From: Bacillota bacterium
Lineage (GTDB): Bacteria; Bacillota; Sulfobacillia; JAJZYS01
Reading direction: 5' to 3'
DNA length: 37,054 nt
Assembly (NCBI GenBank): GCA_021797925.1
Contig: JAJZYS010000001.1
Span: forward strand, 1-37,054
A program made the position numbers and the translations under genes. A model generated the notes under the pieces. The model was not told the origin of the DNA. It searched no databases and was given only the letters and a program-made list of their open reading frames with translations. Positions 19,697 to 27,271 of this stretch are shown piece by piece (the first letter of the stretch is position 1; each line of letters starts with the position of its first letter).

Positions 19697-21454
19697 TCAG
19701 CGGATCATCGCCTGGGTGGCCAGCGCCTCGGTGGCGCGAAGCAGGGACGTCGCCTGGCGGATGACCGGGGTGACGCGGGCGAGCGCATGGCCCGCCTCGC
19801 CCTGCCACAGCATGCTCGCGATCGTGGCGGCCAGCCGATTTCTCTGGGCGACCAGCCGGGCCAGCGCCCCGTTGAGCGCGGGTCCCAGGGGCGTGTTCAT
19901 GTCCAGGGCGGCCTGGGTCGAGATGCGCAGGGCGTCGATCCCGAAGGGGCCCACCGGGGCGTTGATCTTCCGCCAGGCGCGCGCCAGCGCCGCGAGGCGG
20001 GGTACCCCGGCCGCCAGTCGGCTGCGGGCGGACCGCGAGAGCGCGGTGAACAGGACGTTGCCGTCCAGGCCGGACTGGACGCTGCCCAGGGCCAGGTACT
20101 GCACCGTGGGCATCAGGTCGGTGGAGTCGATCCAGGCGTGATCGAACCCGCCGCGGCGGACGCCGGGCCCGGCCAGCCCCATGAAGACCGTGTTGACGGC
20201 GCTCGAGACCATCCCGTGGTTCCAGTAGTAGCCGCCGCCCTGGGAGAGGGCGGTGGAGGAGCCGTTGTCGTACCAGATGGTGGGCTCGGCGTAGAGGATG
20301 AACGTGGGCGTGCGGCCGGGATCCTTGTCCACGTACTGGTGCACGGCCTTGAGGGCGGGCCCCTGGTCGATGTAGCGCCAGCCGGGAACGCCGTCGAGGC
20401 GCGGGTAGTCCGCAGCCACCGGACCCGGCTCGTAGATCAGGGCGCCGGCGGTGGCGCCGATGCGCGTGGCGGCGGTGTCGGGGAAGCCGACGCGCTTGAA
20501 CCACGCCGGGAGGCTGGTGGAGATCTCCCCGCCGGGGAGGTAGTGGTCGCCCTCGTCCGAGGTGACCACCAGGAGCGTGTTGGCCGGGGTGAGGCCGTGC
20601 GCCTTCATGGCCTGGAAGAAGCGGGCGAAGGCCCGGTTGTACGCGGCGATGTTGGCCTTGAGCCGGGGGTCGGTGGCGGTGAGCTGGCCCGCCCCCGGGA
20701 GGTCGTGCACCGACGTGATGTAGGTGTAGGTGACGGGCACCCCGTGGGTCTGCATGGCCAGCGTGGCGCTCAGCGCCCAGCCCGGCACCTCGGCGCCGAA
20801 GCCCGGGAAGTCGCCCACGGTGCCCTTGCCGTTGAGCAGCTTGGCGTCATAGACGAACGGGATGTTGGGCGTGCCGAAGAGCGGCGGCTTGCCCCCGGGC
20901 CAGTGGACGGCCACCCCGTAGTAGGCGGACGCGCGGTGGGGGAGGTTTGTCCCCAGGTAGTGGGCCACGTCCCGGTATCCCTCCATGCCCATGTCGGGCC
21001 AGCCCACGGCGCCCACGGCGAGGCCGTGCGCCGTGAACACCTTCCACGGCGGAGGCGAGAGGTGCAGCAGGGTGCCGTCGCCGGCGGGGTCGCGCCAGTA
21101 CGAGAAGCTCATCTCGTGGCCGCCGATGTACTGGCTCTGGGCCAGGATCCCGGTCTGGCTGGGGAAGAGGCCGGTGAGCTCGGTGGTGAAGTCCAGGTGC
21201 GTGAACGCGTCGATCGCGGTGTGGTCCCGGGGGAAGATCGTTCCGTACGCCTTCAGATATCCATCCAGGGCCGGCATCTGCTCGATGTCGGAAAGATGGG
21301 TGTTGTCGAAGCTGATGACGATCACGTGACGGAGCCCCGGAGCCGGCGCGGCGGCCTGCTGAGCCGCCTGGACCTGCCCCTGGGCCGTGGTGGCCGCAAA
21401 GAGCCCTGCCGCCAGCGCGGCATAGCCAGCGAGGCGCCCAAGGCGACCTCTCAT
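19697..21454 (-). CDS. Secreted alkaline-phosphatase-superfamily phosphoesterase (NPP / type I phosphodiesterase-like) with a C-terminal helical extension
   Basis: Signal peptide MRGRLGRLAGYAALAAGLFAATTAQG. VIVISFDNTHL, FTHLDFTTELTGLFPSQTGI (aligns to NPP TFPNHYSLVTGLYPESHGI) and LLVVTSDEGDH (metal-site DxGxH-like). ATG 21454 is preceded by AGAGGGGGA. The upstream 924 codons of the track ORF are antisense to the MMPL gene. Confidence 0.78.
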   Translation of the reverse strand: MRGRLGRLAGYAALAAGLFAATTAQGQVQAAQQAAAPAPGLRHVIVISFDNTHLSDIEQMPALDGYLKAYGTIFPRDHTAIDAFTHLDFTTELTGLFPSQTGILAQSQYIGGHEMSFSYWRDPAGDGTLLHLSPPPWKVFTAHGLAVGAVGWPDMGMEGYRDVAHYLGTNLPHRASAYYGVAVHWPGGKPPLFGTPNIPFVYDAKLLNGKGTVGDFPGFGAEVPGWALSATLAMQTHGVPVTYTYITSVHDLPGAGQLTATDPRLKANIAAYNRAFARFFQAMKAHGLTPANTLLVVTSDEGDHYLPGGEISTSLPAWFKRVGFPDTAATRIGATAGALIYEPGPVAADYPRLDGVPGWRYIDQGPALKAVHQYVDKDPGRTPTFILYAEPTIWYDNGSSTALSQGGGYYWNHGMVSSAVNTVFMGLAGPGVRRGGFDHAWIDSTDLMPTVQYLALGSVQSGLDGNVLFTALSRSARSRLAAGVPRLAALARAWRKINAPVGPFGIDALRISTQAALDMNTPLGPALNGALARLVAQRNRLAATIASMLWQGEAGHALARVTPVIRQATSLLRATEALATQAMIR

Positions 21455-21715
21455 GACGGTGGCGTCCCCCTCTGATGTGGTGATTTGGCCAAAAGGCCAG
21501 CCCGATTGCTTCGCTGTCGCGGGCGGCGTCCCTGCCAGGGCGTCGGTGGAAGATGGTTCCGCACGACGGCGGCGAGGACCGTCGGCAGAGCGCGCGTGCA
21601 CGGGTGCGGGCCCGCCGGGGCAAAGGCGCCCGCGGGTTCGAGGAGGAATCGCGGATCCTCTGACCGAAGTGCCCTCTGCCGTCTGTGCGGCCTGCTCGCA
21701 ACAGGAGGACAGCGA

Positions 21716-24700
21716 ATGACCCGGCTCGGGGAGTTCTTTGCGCGTTCCCGACGCTGGTGGTGGGTGGTGCCCCTGCTGTGGCTCCTGCTCACCCTGGCTG
21801 TGGTCCGAGGCCTTCCCCAGATCAGCGCGGTGGCCCAGAGCAACAGCAGCGCCTTCATTCCCGCGGACGCGGGCCCGTCGGTGGCGCAGCGGCTGCTGCG
21901 CCGGATCGGCAAGCCCCGCGCCCACGGCAGCCAGCTGCTGGTGGTCGCGCACCGCAGCGGCGGCCTTGACGCCGCGGACCGCGAGGCCTTGATGCGGGCC
22001 CTGGAGGGCGTCACCGTGGGCAGGGTGACGGGTCCGGCGCCGGCGCGAGGGCCGTCGCCGTTCATCAGCTCCGACGCCACCACCGACTTCGCGGTGGTCA
22101 CGGTCAACCTGAACCGCCATCCGCTTTCCTCGACCGTGGCGGGCCTGTATCACCGCCTGCGCAACCTTCCGCCCGGCGTGAAGACGGCGGTCACCGGCTC
22201 CGACGTCATCACCCACAGCTACAGCCAGGCGTCGCTCGCCGGGATGGCGCGCACGCTCCAGCTGACCGTGGTCCTCATCGTGATCATCCTTCTGCTGGTG
22301 TTCCGCAGTCCGCTGGCGCCCCTGATCCCGCTGCTGACCATCGGCACCTCCTTCCTCACGGCCACGGGACTCGTGGCGCTGTGGGGCCAGCACGGGCTGC
22401 CCGTGTCCACCTTCACCGAGGAATTCATGATCGCGATCATGTTCGGCGCCGGCACCGACTACAGCATCCTGCTGCTTGCCCGCTATCGCGAGGAGCTCGA
22501 GCGGACCGCCGACGTTTCCCGGGCGATCGTGGCCACGATGCGGGCGGTGGGCCGCACGGCGGTGGTGAGCGCGCTGACCCTCGTGCTGGCCTTCGGCGCC
22601 GTGGTGTTCGCGCACTTCAGCCTGTACCGCTCGGGTGTGGGCGTGGCCGTGGGGGTGGCGGTGGTCGCGCTGGCCATCCTGACCCTGGTGCCGGCGCTGA
22701 TGGTCGGGCTGGGCGGGCATCTCTTCTGGCCGTACAACCCCGTCACGCACGCGCCCAGGGGCCACGAGGGCCGCGGGTGGCACCGGCTGGCCCGGCTCGC
22801 CACGACCCGGGGGGCCGTCGCGGCGATACCGCTGGCGGTGCTGGTGGTCCTGGCGCTCATGGGCCAGGGGCGGCTCTCCTATGACGACCTCGAGGAACTC
22901 TCCCCGAGCCTCAGGTCCGTGCAGGGCTTCAACTGGATCCAGCAGGGGTTTGGAGGCGGTCAGACGCTTCCCACCAGCGTGGTGCTCCAGTCCCGCGGCC
23001 CCAGCTTTCGCTCCGTCGCCGGGATCCAGGCGCTGAGCCAGGCCACGCGGGAGCTTGACGCCTTGCCGGGGGTGCGCACGGTGGAGGGCCCCACGGCCCC
23101 GCTGGGCCAGCCCCTCACGGGACTCGAGCTGACCACCCAGGCTCGGCGGGCCGCCCGCGGCGTCGCCCGGCTGCAGGCCGCCCTCGGCCAGCTGAGCGTG
23201 GGCCTTTCCGCCGGCGCCCGCCAGGGCCAGGTCTTCCTCCACTCCGCCCCCAGGCTCACCGCCGGCACGCACCGGCTGACCGTGGGCGCCACGCTGCTCG
23301 TAGGCGGGCTCGGGCAGGTGGAGGCCGGGTCCCTTGCCCTCGACCGCAATGCCGGGCAGCTCGTCAGCGCCCTCGACCGCCTGGAGGGGGGGCTCACCCG
23401 GGAAGGCGCCGGGCTCTCGCGCGTGGCGGCGCAGACGGGCAGGCTGACCCGGGGTATGAACCCGCTCGTGGGCGCAAGCGCCGGCGTGGCGAGCGGCGCC
23501 CTGACCCTCGAGACGGGCGCGGCGGGCGTCGATCAGAGCGAGGCCGCCCTGGCGCGATCGGTGGCAAGCGCGGCTGCGGGCCTCCGGAGCCTGGAGGCGT
23601 CCCTTTCGGCCCTCGCCCGCCAGGATCCCCGACTTTTGGCCTCGCCCGGGTATCGCTCCCTGACCCAGGGGCTCGGCCGCGAAGCCGCGACCCTCGGCGC
23701 GGCGGCCACCTCGGCCCGGGCCCTGGTCGCCAGGCTCGGGGCGGTCGTGGGCGGCGCGGGCAAGCTGGCCGTGGGCGCGGGCCGGCTCAACCAGGGGATC
23801 GACCTGGCCCAGTCGGGCATGAGCCGACTCGCGGCGGGCATCGCGAAGCTCGACCGAAGCACCGCCGCGCTGGCCGCAGCCGCGGCGAAGCTCTCCGCCG
23901 GGGCCGAGAAGCTCCATGGGGGAGCGGGAGGCCTCGAGACGGGCGTGGCCCGCAACCTCGCGGGCGCCCGCAGCCTTGCGCGGGGGCTCACCGCCATGGA
24001 CGGCCAGCTGGGTCCGCTGGCCAGCGCCCCTCGAAAGCTCGTGGCGGGACTCGATCAGGCGAGTCGGGGAGCCCGCTCCGTCGAGGTCCAGCTGGGCAAG
24101 ATCAACCGCCTGTTCATCGCGCCGGTGGGGACCACCCAGCAAGGCGAGGTCATGGTGTCGCGGACCGTACTGGCCAGCGCCCAGTACCGGCCGGTGCTCG
24201 ATGCGTTCATCTCGCCCCGCGGGCACGTGGCCACCCTGACCGTGATCCTGAGGGGGAATCCGTACTCGCGCACCGCGATGAACGAGCTTGCGGGCATCTC
24301 CCGCGCGGTGCGCGCCGGTCTGGCGGGGACCCCGCTGCGGGGCGCCAACGTCTACCTCGGCGGACAGACCGCCGCCAACGAGGTGCTCGCGTCACTGTCC
24401 CAGAACGACATCGCCCGGACGGCGACCCTTGTCCTGCTCGTCATCGGGGTCATGCTGATCCTGCTCCTCAGGTCGCTGCTGGCGCCGCTCTTGGTCCTGG
24501 GGCTCGTGACCCTGAACTACCTCGCGACCCTGCGCATCGGCCACTGGTTCACCTGGACGGTGCTTCACCACCCCGGACTGTCGTGGCCGGTCCCCTTCTT
24601 CAGTTTTCTGCTCCTGGTGGCGCTGGGCGTGGACTATCTCATCTTCTACACGGCGCGCTTTCGCGAGGAGGAGTATCTGGGCGTGGGGGAGGGGCTGCGC

Positions 24701-24958
24701 CAGGCGTCGCGGCTCGCCGGTCCCGTGATCTTCTCGGCGGCCCTCATCATGTGCGGGACGTTCGGCAGCATGACCCGGTCGGGCGTGGCGACGCTCATCG
24801 AGATCGGCGTGGTGGTGGTGGTGGGTCTGGTGCTGGACATCGGGCTGGTGATGGGCGTCCTGGTGCCGGCGCTGCTCAACGTCATCGGCCCGATCCTGCA
24901 CTGGCCGTTTTCTAGCCGGCCGCTGTCACCCGAGGAGATGGCGGCGCCTGGGAGCTAG
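21716..24958 (+). CDS. MMPL-family (RND superfamily) membrane transporter with a large heptad-repeat extracytoplasmic insert
   Basis: Two MMPL halves, each with the G.DY.I....R.REE motif (GAGTDYSILLLARYREEL; GVDYLIFYTARFREEE) and multiple TM runs. ATG 21716 lies 7 nt after AGGAGG. Confidence 0.88.
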   Translation: MTRLGEFFARSRRWWWVVPLLWLLLTLAVVRGLPQISAVAQSNSSAFIPADAGPSVAQRLLRRIGKPRAHGSQLLVVAHRSGGLDAADREALMRALEGVTVGRVTGPAPARGPSPFISSDATTDFAVVTVNLNRHPLSSTVAGLYHRLRNLPPGVKTAVTGSDVITHSYSQASLAGMARTLQLTVVLIVIILLLVFRSPLAPLIPLLTIGTSFLTATGLVALWGQHGLPVSTFTEEFMIAIMFGAGTDYSILLLARYREELERTADVSRAIVATMRAVGRTAVVSALTLVLAFGAVVFAHFSLYRSGVGVAVGVAVVALAILTLVPALMVGLGGHLFWPYNPVTHAPRGHEGRGWHRLARLATTRGAVAAIPLAVLVVLALMGQGRLSYDDLEELSPSLRSVQGFNWIQQGFGGGQTLPTSVVLQSRGPSFRSVAGIQALSQATRELDALPGVRTVEGPTAPLGQPLTGLELTTQARRAARGVARLQAALGQLSVGLSAGARQGQVFLHSAPRLTAGTHRLTVGATLLVGGLGQVEAGSLALDRNAGQLVSALDRLEGGLTREGAGLSRVAAQTGRLTRGMNPLVGASAGVASGALTLETGAAGVDQSEAALARSVASAAAGLRSLEASLSALARQDPRLLASPGYRSLTQGLGREAATLGAAATSARALVARLGAVVGGAGKLAVGAGRLNQGIDLAQSGMSRLAAGIAKLDRSTAALAAAAAKLSAGAEKLHGGAGGLETGVARNLAGARSLARGLTAMDGQLGPLASAPRKLVAGLDQASRGARSVEVQLGKINRLFIAPVGTTQQGEVMVSRTVLASAQYRPVLDAFISPRGHVATLTVILRGNPYSRTAMNELAGISRAVRAGLAGTPLRGANVYLGGQTAANEVLASLSQNDIARTATLVLLVIGVMLILLLRSLLAPLLVLGLVTLNYLATLRIGHWFTWTVLHHPGLSWPVPFFSFLLLVALGVDYLIFYTARFREEEYLGVGEGLRQASRLAGPVIFSAALIMCGTFGSMTRSGVATLIEIGVVVVVGLVLDIGLVMGVLVPALLNVIGPILHWPFSSRPLSPEEMAAPGS

Positions 24959-25432
24959 GACGCGAGGCCGCATCCCAGAGCTGGCGGCGGTGCACTTCAA
25001 CCCGGCGGCGCGCGTGCACCGGTGCTGCGGGCCTTGGCCAGCGGGCCGCCGCGTCGCCGCCGGTGGTGGCCCATTGCGGGCATGACTGAAACGAGCCTGG
25101 GCGGGCACAGTTACAGCGGACGGGAGGAGCGGGGGCGCTGACGGTGGCGGGGGTCTGCTCCCGAGCAGGAGATGGGGCGGACGAAGCAGAACGGGGAGAT
25201 GGGACGGACTCAGTCGCCCCACGCCCGGGCCGGCCGTGGCTGCCGTGGGCGTGAGCCCGGCGCGGATTCCACGCGGGCGAGACTGTACGCGCCGTTGTCC
25301 GGCGGGTGCCCGCGGTCACTGTTGCGCGTGCAGGCCCGCTGGCGACGAGCGGTTGCGCGGCGGCCGTCGACGACGCCGTGGAAGCGTCGGGTCGCGGACG
25401 CCGGGTCGAGGAGAGCAGGGAGGTTGAGCGAC

Positions 25433-26098
25433 GTGGGACTGCATCTTGGGGATATCGCGCCTGACTTCACGGCGGAGACGACGGAGGGGACCATCAGGTT
25501 TCATCAGTGGCTGGGAGATCATTGGGGGATCCTCTTCAGCCATCCGGCGGACTTCACCCCGGTGTGCACCACGGAACTGGGCACGGTGGCGAAGCTCCGC
25601 GAGGAGTTCCAGCGCCGTGACACCAAGGTGATCGGGCTCTCGGTGGACCCCATCGAGTCGCACCGCAGCTGGGTGGGGGACATCGCCGAGACCCAGGGTG
25701 AGGCGGTCAACTTCCCCATCATTGCCGATCCCGACCGCCGGGTCGCCCAGCTGTACGACATGATCCAGCCCAACGCCAACGCCACGCAGACCGTCCGGTC
25801 GGTCTTCATCATCGGGCCCGACAAGAAGATCAAGCTCACCTTGACGTACCCGGCCTCGGTGGGCAGGAACTTCGCGGAGATCATCCGGGTGCTGGATGCC
25901 CTACAGCTCACGGACCGCTATCCGGTGGCGACCCCGGCCAACTGGGTCGAAGGCGCGGACGTGATCGTGGCGCTGGGCCTGTCCGACGAGGAGGCCAGAA
26001 AGCGTTTCCCGAAGGGCTTCAAGGCGCTCAAGCCCTACCTGCGCCTCACTCCGTCTCCGCAGACCCAGGTGGAGGGATCCACGGCGAGCCGCTCGTAG
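25433..26098 (+). CDS. 1-Cys peroxiredoxin (Prx6 subfamily)
   Basis: LGDIAPDFTAETTEG.I.FH.W.GD.W.ILFSHPADFTPVCTTELG, then PIIAD and RSVFIIGPDKKIKL. GTG 25433 lies 9 nt after GCAGGGAGG. The upstream part of the track ORF is Arg-rich junk. Confidence 0.92.
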   Translation: MGLHLGDIAPDFTAETTEGTIRFHQWLGDHWGILFSHPADFTPVCTTELGTVAKLREEFQRRDTKVIGLSVDPIESHRSWVGDIAETQGEAVNFPIIADPDRRVAQLYDMIQPNANATQTVRSVFIIGPDKKIKLTLTYPASVGRNFAEIIRVLDALQLTDRYPVATPANWVEGADVIVALGLSDEEARKRFPKGFKALKPYLRLTPSPQTQVEGSTASRS

Positions 26099-26102
26099 CC
26101 AC

Positions 26103-26170
26103 GGACCGGAGCGAGCGAAGCCTCGCCGGTCCGAGGTCCTGCACGGCCGTAGCGCGAGCTGCGGCCGTGC
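26103..26170 (+). terminator. Two tandem GC-rich hairpins downstream of the peroxiredoxin gene
   Basis: Hairpin 1, 26103-26132: GGACCG..GCGAG / CTCGC CGGTCC, 11 bp with a 2-nt bulge. Hairpin 2, 26141-26170: GCACGGCCG / CGGCCGTGC plus inner pairs, followed by CTGTTCGTT. Confidence 0.5.
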
Positions 26171-26290
26171 CTGTTCGTTCCGGGGGCCACACTGTCGCGG
26201 CGTGGTGATCGCCTGCCGCTCTGGCCGTTCATTCCGCCGGTTCCGGCCGGGACAGGCGGTCTCGTGGTTTGGTCGTGCGCACAGAACGCG

Positions 26291-26320
26291 CAGGCCGCCG
26301 GAAACATTTCCGGCGGCCTG
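26291..26320. terminator. Perfect 14-bp palindromic hairpin (CAGGCCGCCGGAAA ca TTTCCGGCGGCCTG)
   Basis: Exact inverted repeat read in the sequence. It lies 33 nt from the displaced tRNA 3' fragment, the same spacing as the related hairpin at 26677-26706 from the intact tRNA. It is probably the original tRNA terminator. Confidence 0.5.
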
Positions 26321-26352
26321 CCCCAGAAAACTTGTGGGCGGAAGGTTTGTTT

Positions 26353-26389
26353 TGATGTCGGCGAGGGGATTCAAACCCCTGAGCTATCG
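26353..26389 (-). repeat. Degenerate copy of the 3' part of tRNA-Ala (att-like direct repeat)
   Basis: TGATGTCGGCGAGGGGATTCAAACCCCTGAGCTATCG matches TGGTGGAGGCGAGGGGATTCGAACCCCTGACCTATTG at 26739-26775 at 31 of 37 positions (counted by eye). No D-arm or 5' acceptor strand follows, so it is not a complete tRNA. Confidence 0.6.
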
Positions 26390-26426
26390 TCCGGGGGTCG
26401 GAGGGCGTTGCGGTGCGAGCAGGTGA

Positions 26427-26640
26427 CGCGGACGCTGCAGCGGGCGATGGAGGCGGCGGGGGAGGTTTCACGATTTGCGGCACGTTTGCGCCGGTGCTGA
26501 CGGCGAGGCGGCACAGTCCGCGGGTGGTGGCGGGGCTGATGGGGCATGCGAGCACGCGGATGACGTTGGACGCGTACGCGCACGCGCCGACGGCCGCGGA
26601 GGAGGACGCGACGCGTGATGTGATGGAGCGGATGTAGGGG
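26427..26640 (+). pseudogene. Tyrosine recombinase/integrase C-terminal fragment, truncated and frameshifted
   Basis: FHDLRH is encoded at 26466-26483 in one frame. The continuation TFAPVLTARRHSPRVVAGLMGHASTRMTLDAYAH (box II with the catalytic Tyr context LDxYxH) is in the +1 frame. An in-frame TGA at 26424 limits the N-terminal side, and about 250 aa of a normal integrase are missing. Confidence 0.6.
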
Positions 26641-26676
26641 CGGTGGGGATGGCAGCAGATAGGCTGCAGGCGAGGA

Positions 26677-26706
26677 AGGCCGCCGGGGGAAAATTCCCGG
26701 CGGCCC
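26677..26706 (-). terminator. Hairpin downstream of tRNA-Ala (GGCCGCCGGGGGAA / TTCCCGGCGGCC)
   Basis: About 12-bp stem with one bulged G, 33 nt past the tRNA 3' end on the minus strand. It shares the GGCCGCCGG...CCGGCGGCC core with the hairpin at 26291-26320. Confidence 0.5.
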
Positions 26707-26738
26707 GCTCTGAAGTGCTTGGTGTTCTACGCTTTGCT

Positions 26739-26814
26739 TGGTGGAGGCGAGGGGATTCGAACCCCTGACCTATTGATTGCGAACCAATCGCTCTCCCAGC
26801 TGAGCTACGCCCCC
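26739..26814 (-). tRNA. tRNA-Ala: tRNA-Ala (anticodon CGC), CCA encoded
   Basis: The reverse complement GGGGGCGTAGCTCAGCTGGGAGAGCGATTGGTTCGCAATCAATAGGTCAGGGGTTCGAATCCCCTCGCCTCCACCA folds as a cloverleaf. It has a 7-bp acceptor with the G3:U70 alanine identity pair, a GCTC/GAGC D stem, an ATTGG/TCAAT anticodon stem, the loop TTCGCAA and a GGGG/CCCC T arm. Confidence 0.93.
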
Positions 26815-26842
26815 ACGCGTCGTGAACCCGGATCCAAGGCCT

Positions 26843-26871
26843 ATTATAACGGGGGCGGGGACTCGAAACAA
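26843..26871 (-). promoter_or_regulatory. Sigma-A promoter for tRNA-Ala (TTGTTT-17-TATAAT on the minus strand)
   Basis: On the minus strand, TTGTTT (26871-26866), a 17-nt spacer, and a perfect TATAAT (26848-26843). The tRNA 5' end lies about 29 nt downstream. Confidence 0.55.
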
Positions 26872-27012
26872 GCGCGCGTCGCGCTCGCGGGGGCTTGTCG
26901 TCGCGCGGTCCGGTGCCTGACCCCGGCAAAGTTCTTCGCATCACATGGGAGGGATCGGTGCAGACTGGGAGAAGAATGCACGTGGTCGAACCGCATGCGG
27001 GGAGGCGACAGG

Positions 27013-27183
27013 ATGATCCGAGCCGAAGGTACCGTCGAGTACTGCTGCGGCAACTGCGGCATCCAGGGCTTGACCCGGATCAGGTTACCCGCCAACACGA
27101 CCGCTCCTTCCCTCGATTGCCCACGGTGCGGACAGCCGCTCCTGGCCCGTTATCGGGCCGACGCCCGGCCCATCAGCGCCTAG
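27013..27183 (+). CDS. Small Cys4 zinc-ribbon protein (56 aa, hypothetical)
   Basis: MIRAEGTVEYCCGNCG...DCPRCGQ has two CxxC pairs about 30 aa apart. GGAGG lies 7 nt upstream of ATG 27013. Third-position GC is high. A strong intrinsic terminator starts 22 nt after the stop. The 154-aa track ORF upstream part overlaps the tRNA and is not credible. Confidence 0.5.
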   Translation: MIRAEGTVEYCCGNCGIQGLTRIRLPANTTAPSLDCPRCGQPLLARYRADARPISA

Positions 27184-27204
27184 TCTCGTACGCTCGTCCC
27201 CTCA

Positions 27205-27232
27205 CCAGCCGGCTGGCCGGCTGGTTTTTTTT
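27205..27232 (+). terminator. Rho-independent terminator
   Basis: CCAGCCGG ctgg CCGGCTGG forms an 8-bp stem with a 4-nt loop, followed by TTTTTTTT. It is the only canonical stem plus U-tract terminator I saw in the window. Confidence 0.85.
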
Positions 27233-27271
27233 GTTCCCGAGGCAGGGAATCCGGCCCGACCGGGGAATCTT

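Larger units (their letters stand above)
26353..26775. mobile_element. Remnant (scar) of a tRNA-Ala-targeting integrative element: att-like repeats flanking an integrase tail
   Basis: Direct repeats of the tRNA 3' half at both ends. The only cargo left is a frameshifted tyrosine-recombinase C-terminus. Confidence 0.45.

Noticed and set aside
19484-21475. 663-aa + strand ORF across the hemY end and the phosphoesterase gene
   Set aside because: It runs through a 15-bp terminator hairpin and is antisense to the signal-peptide-bearing AP-family gene. The translation is low-complexity.
21455-24226. N-terminal 924 codons of the 1509-aa minus-strand ORF 19697..24226
   Set aside because: They are antisense to the MMPL gene, which has two clear MMPL motifs and TM bundles. 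A proper start (ATG 21454, with SD and signal peptide) defines the real 585-aa gene.
24959-25432. Riboswitch or known ncRNA upstream of the peroxiredoxin gene
   Set aside because: I could not match TPP, cobalamin, SAM, guanidine, glycine, c-di-GMP or other consensus cores by eye. I kept it only as an unexplained interval in the findings.
26353-26430. Possible second complete tRNA gene on the minus strand
   Set aside because: Only the T-arm and 3' acceptor side are present. The upstream sequence offers no D-arm, no anticodon stem and no complementary 5' acceptor strand. It is treated as a partial duplicate (att-like repeat).
26719-27012. Upstream two-thirds of the 154-aa ORF 26719..27183
   Set aside because: It starts inside the tRNA-Ala gene and crosses its promoter. 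Only the last 56 codons have an SD and a plausible protein (zinc ribbon).
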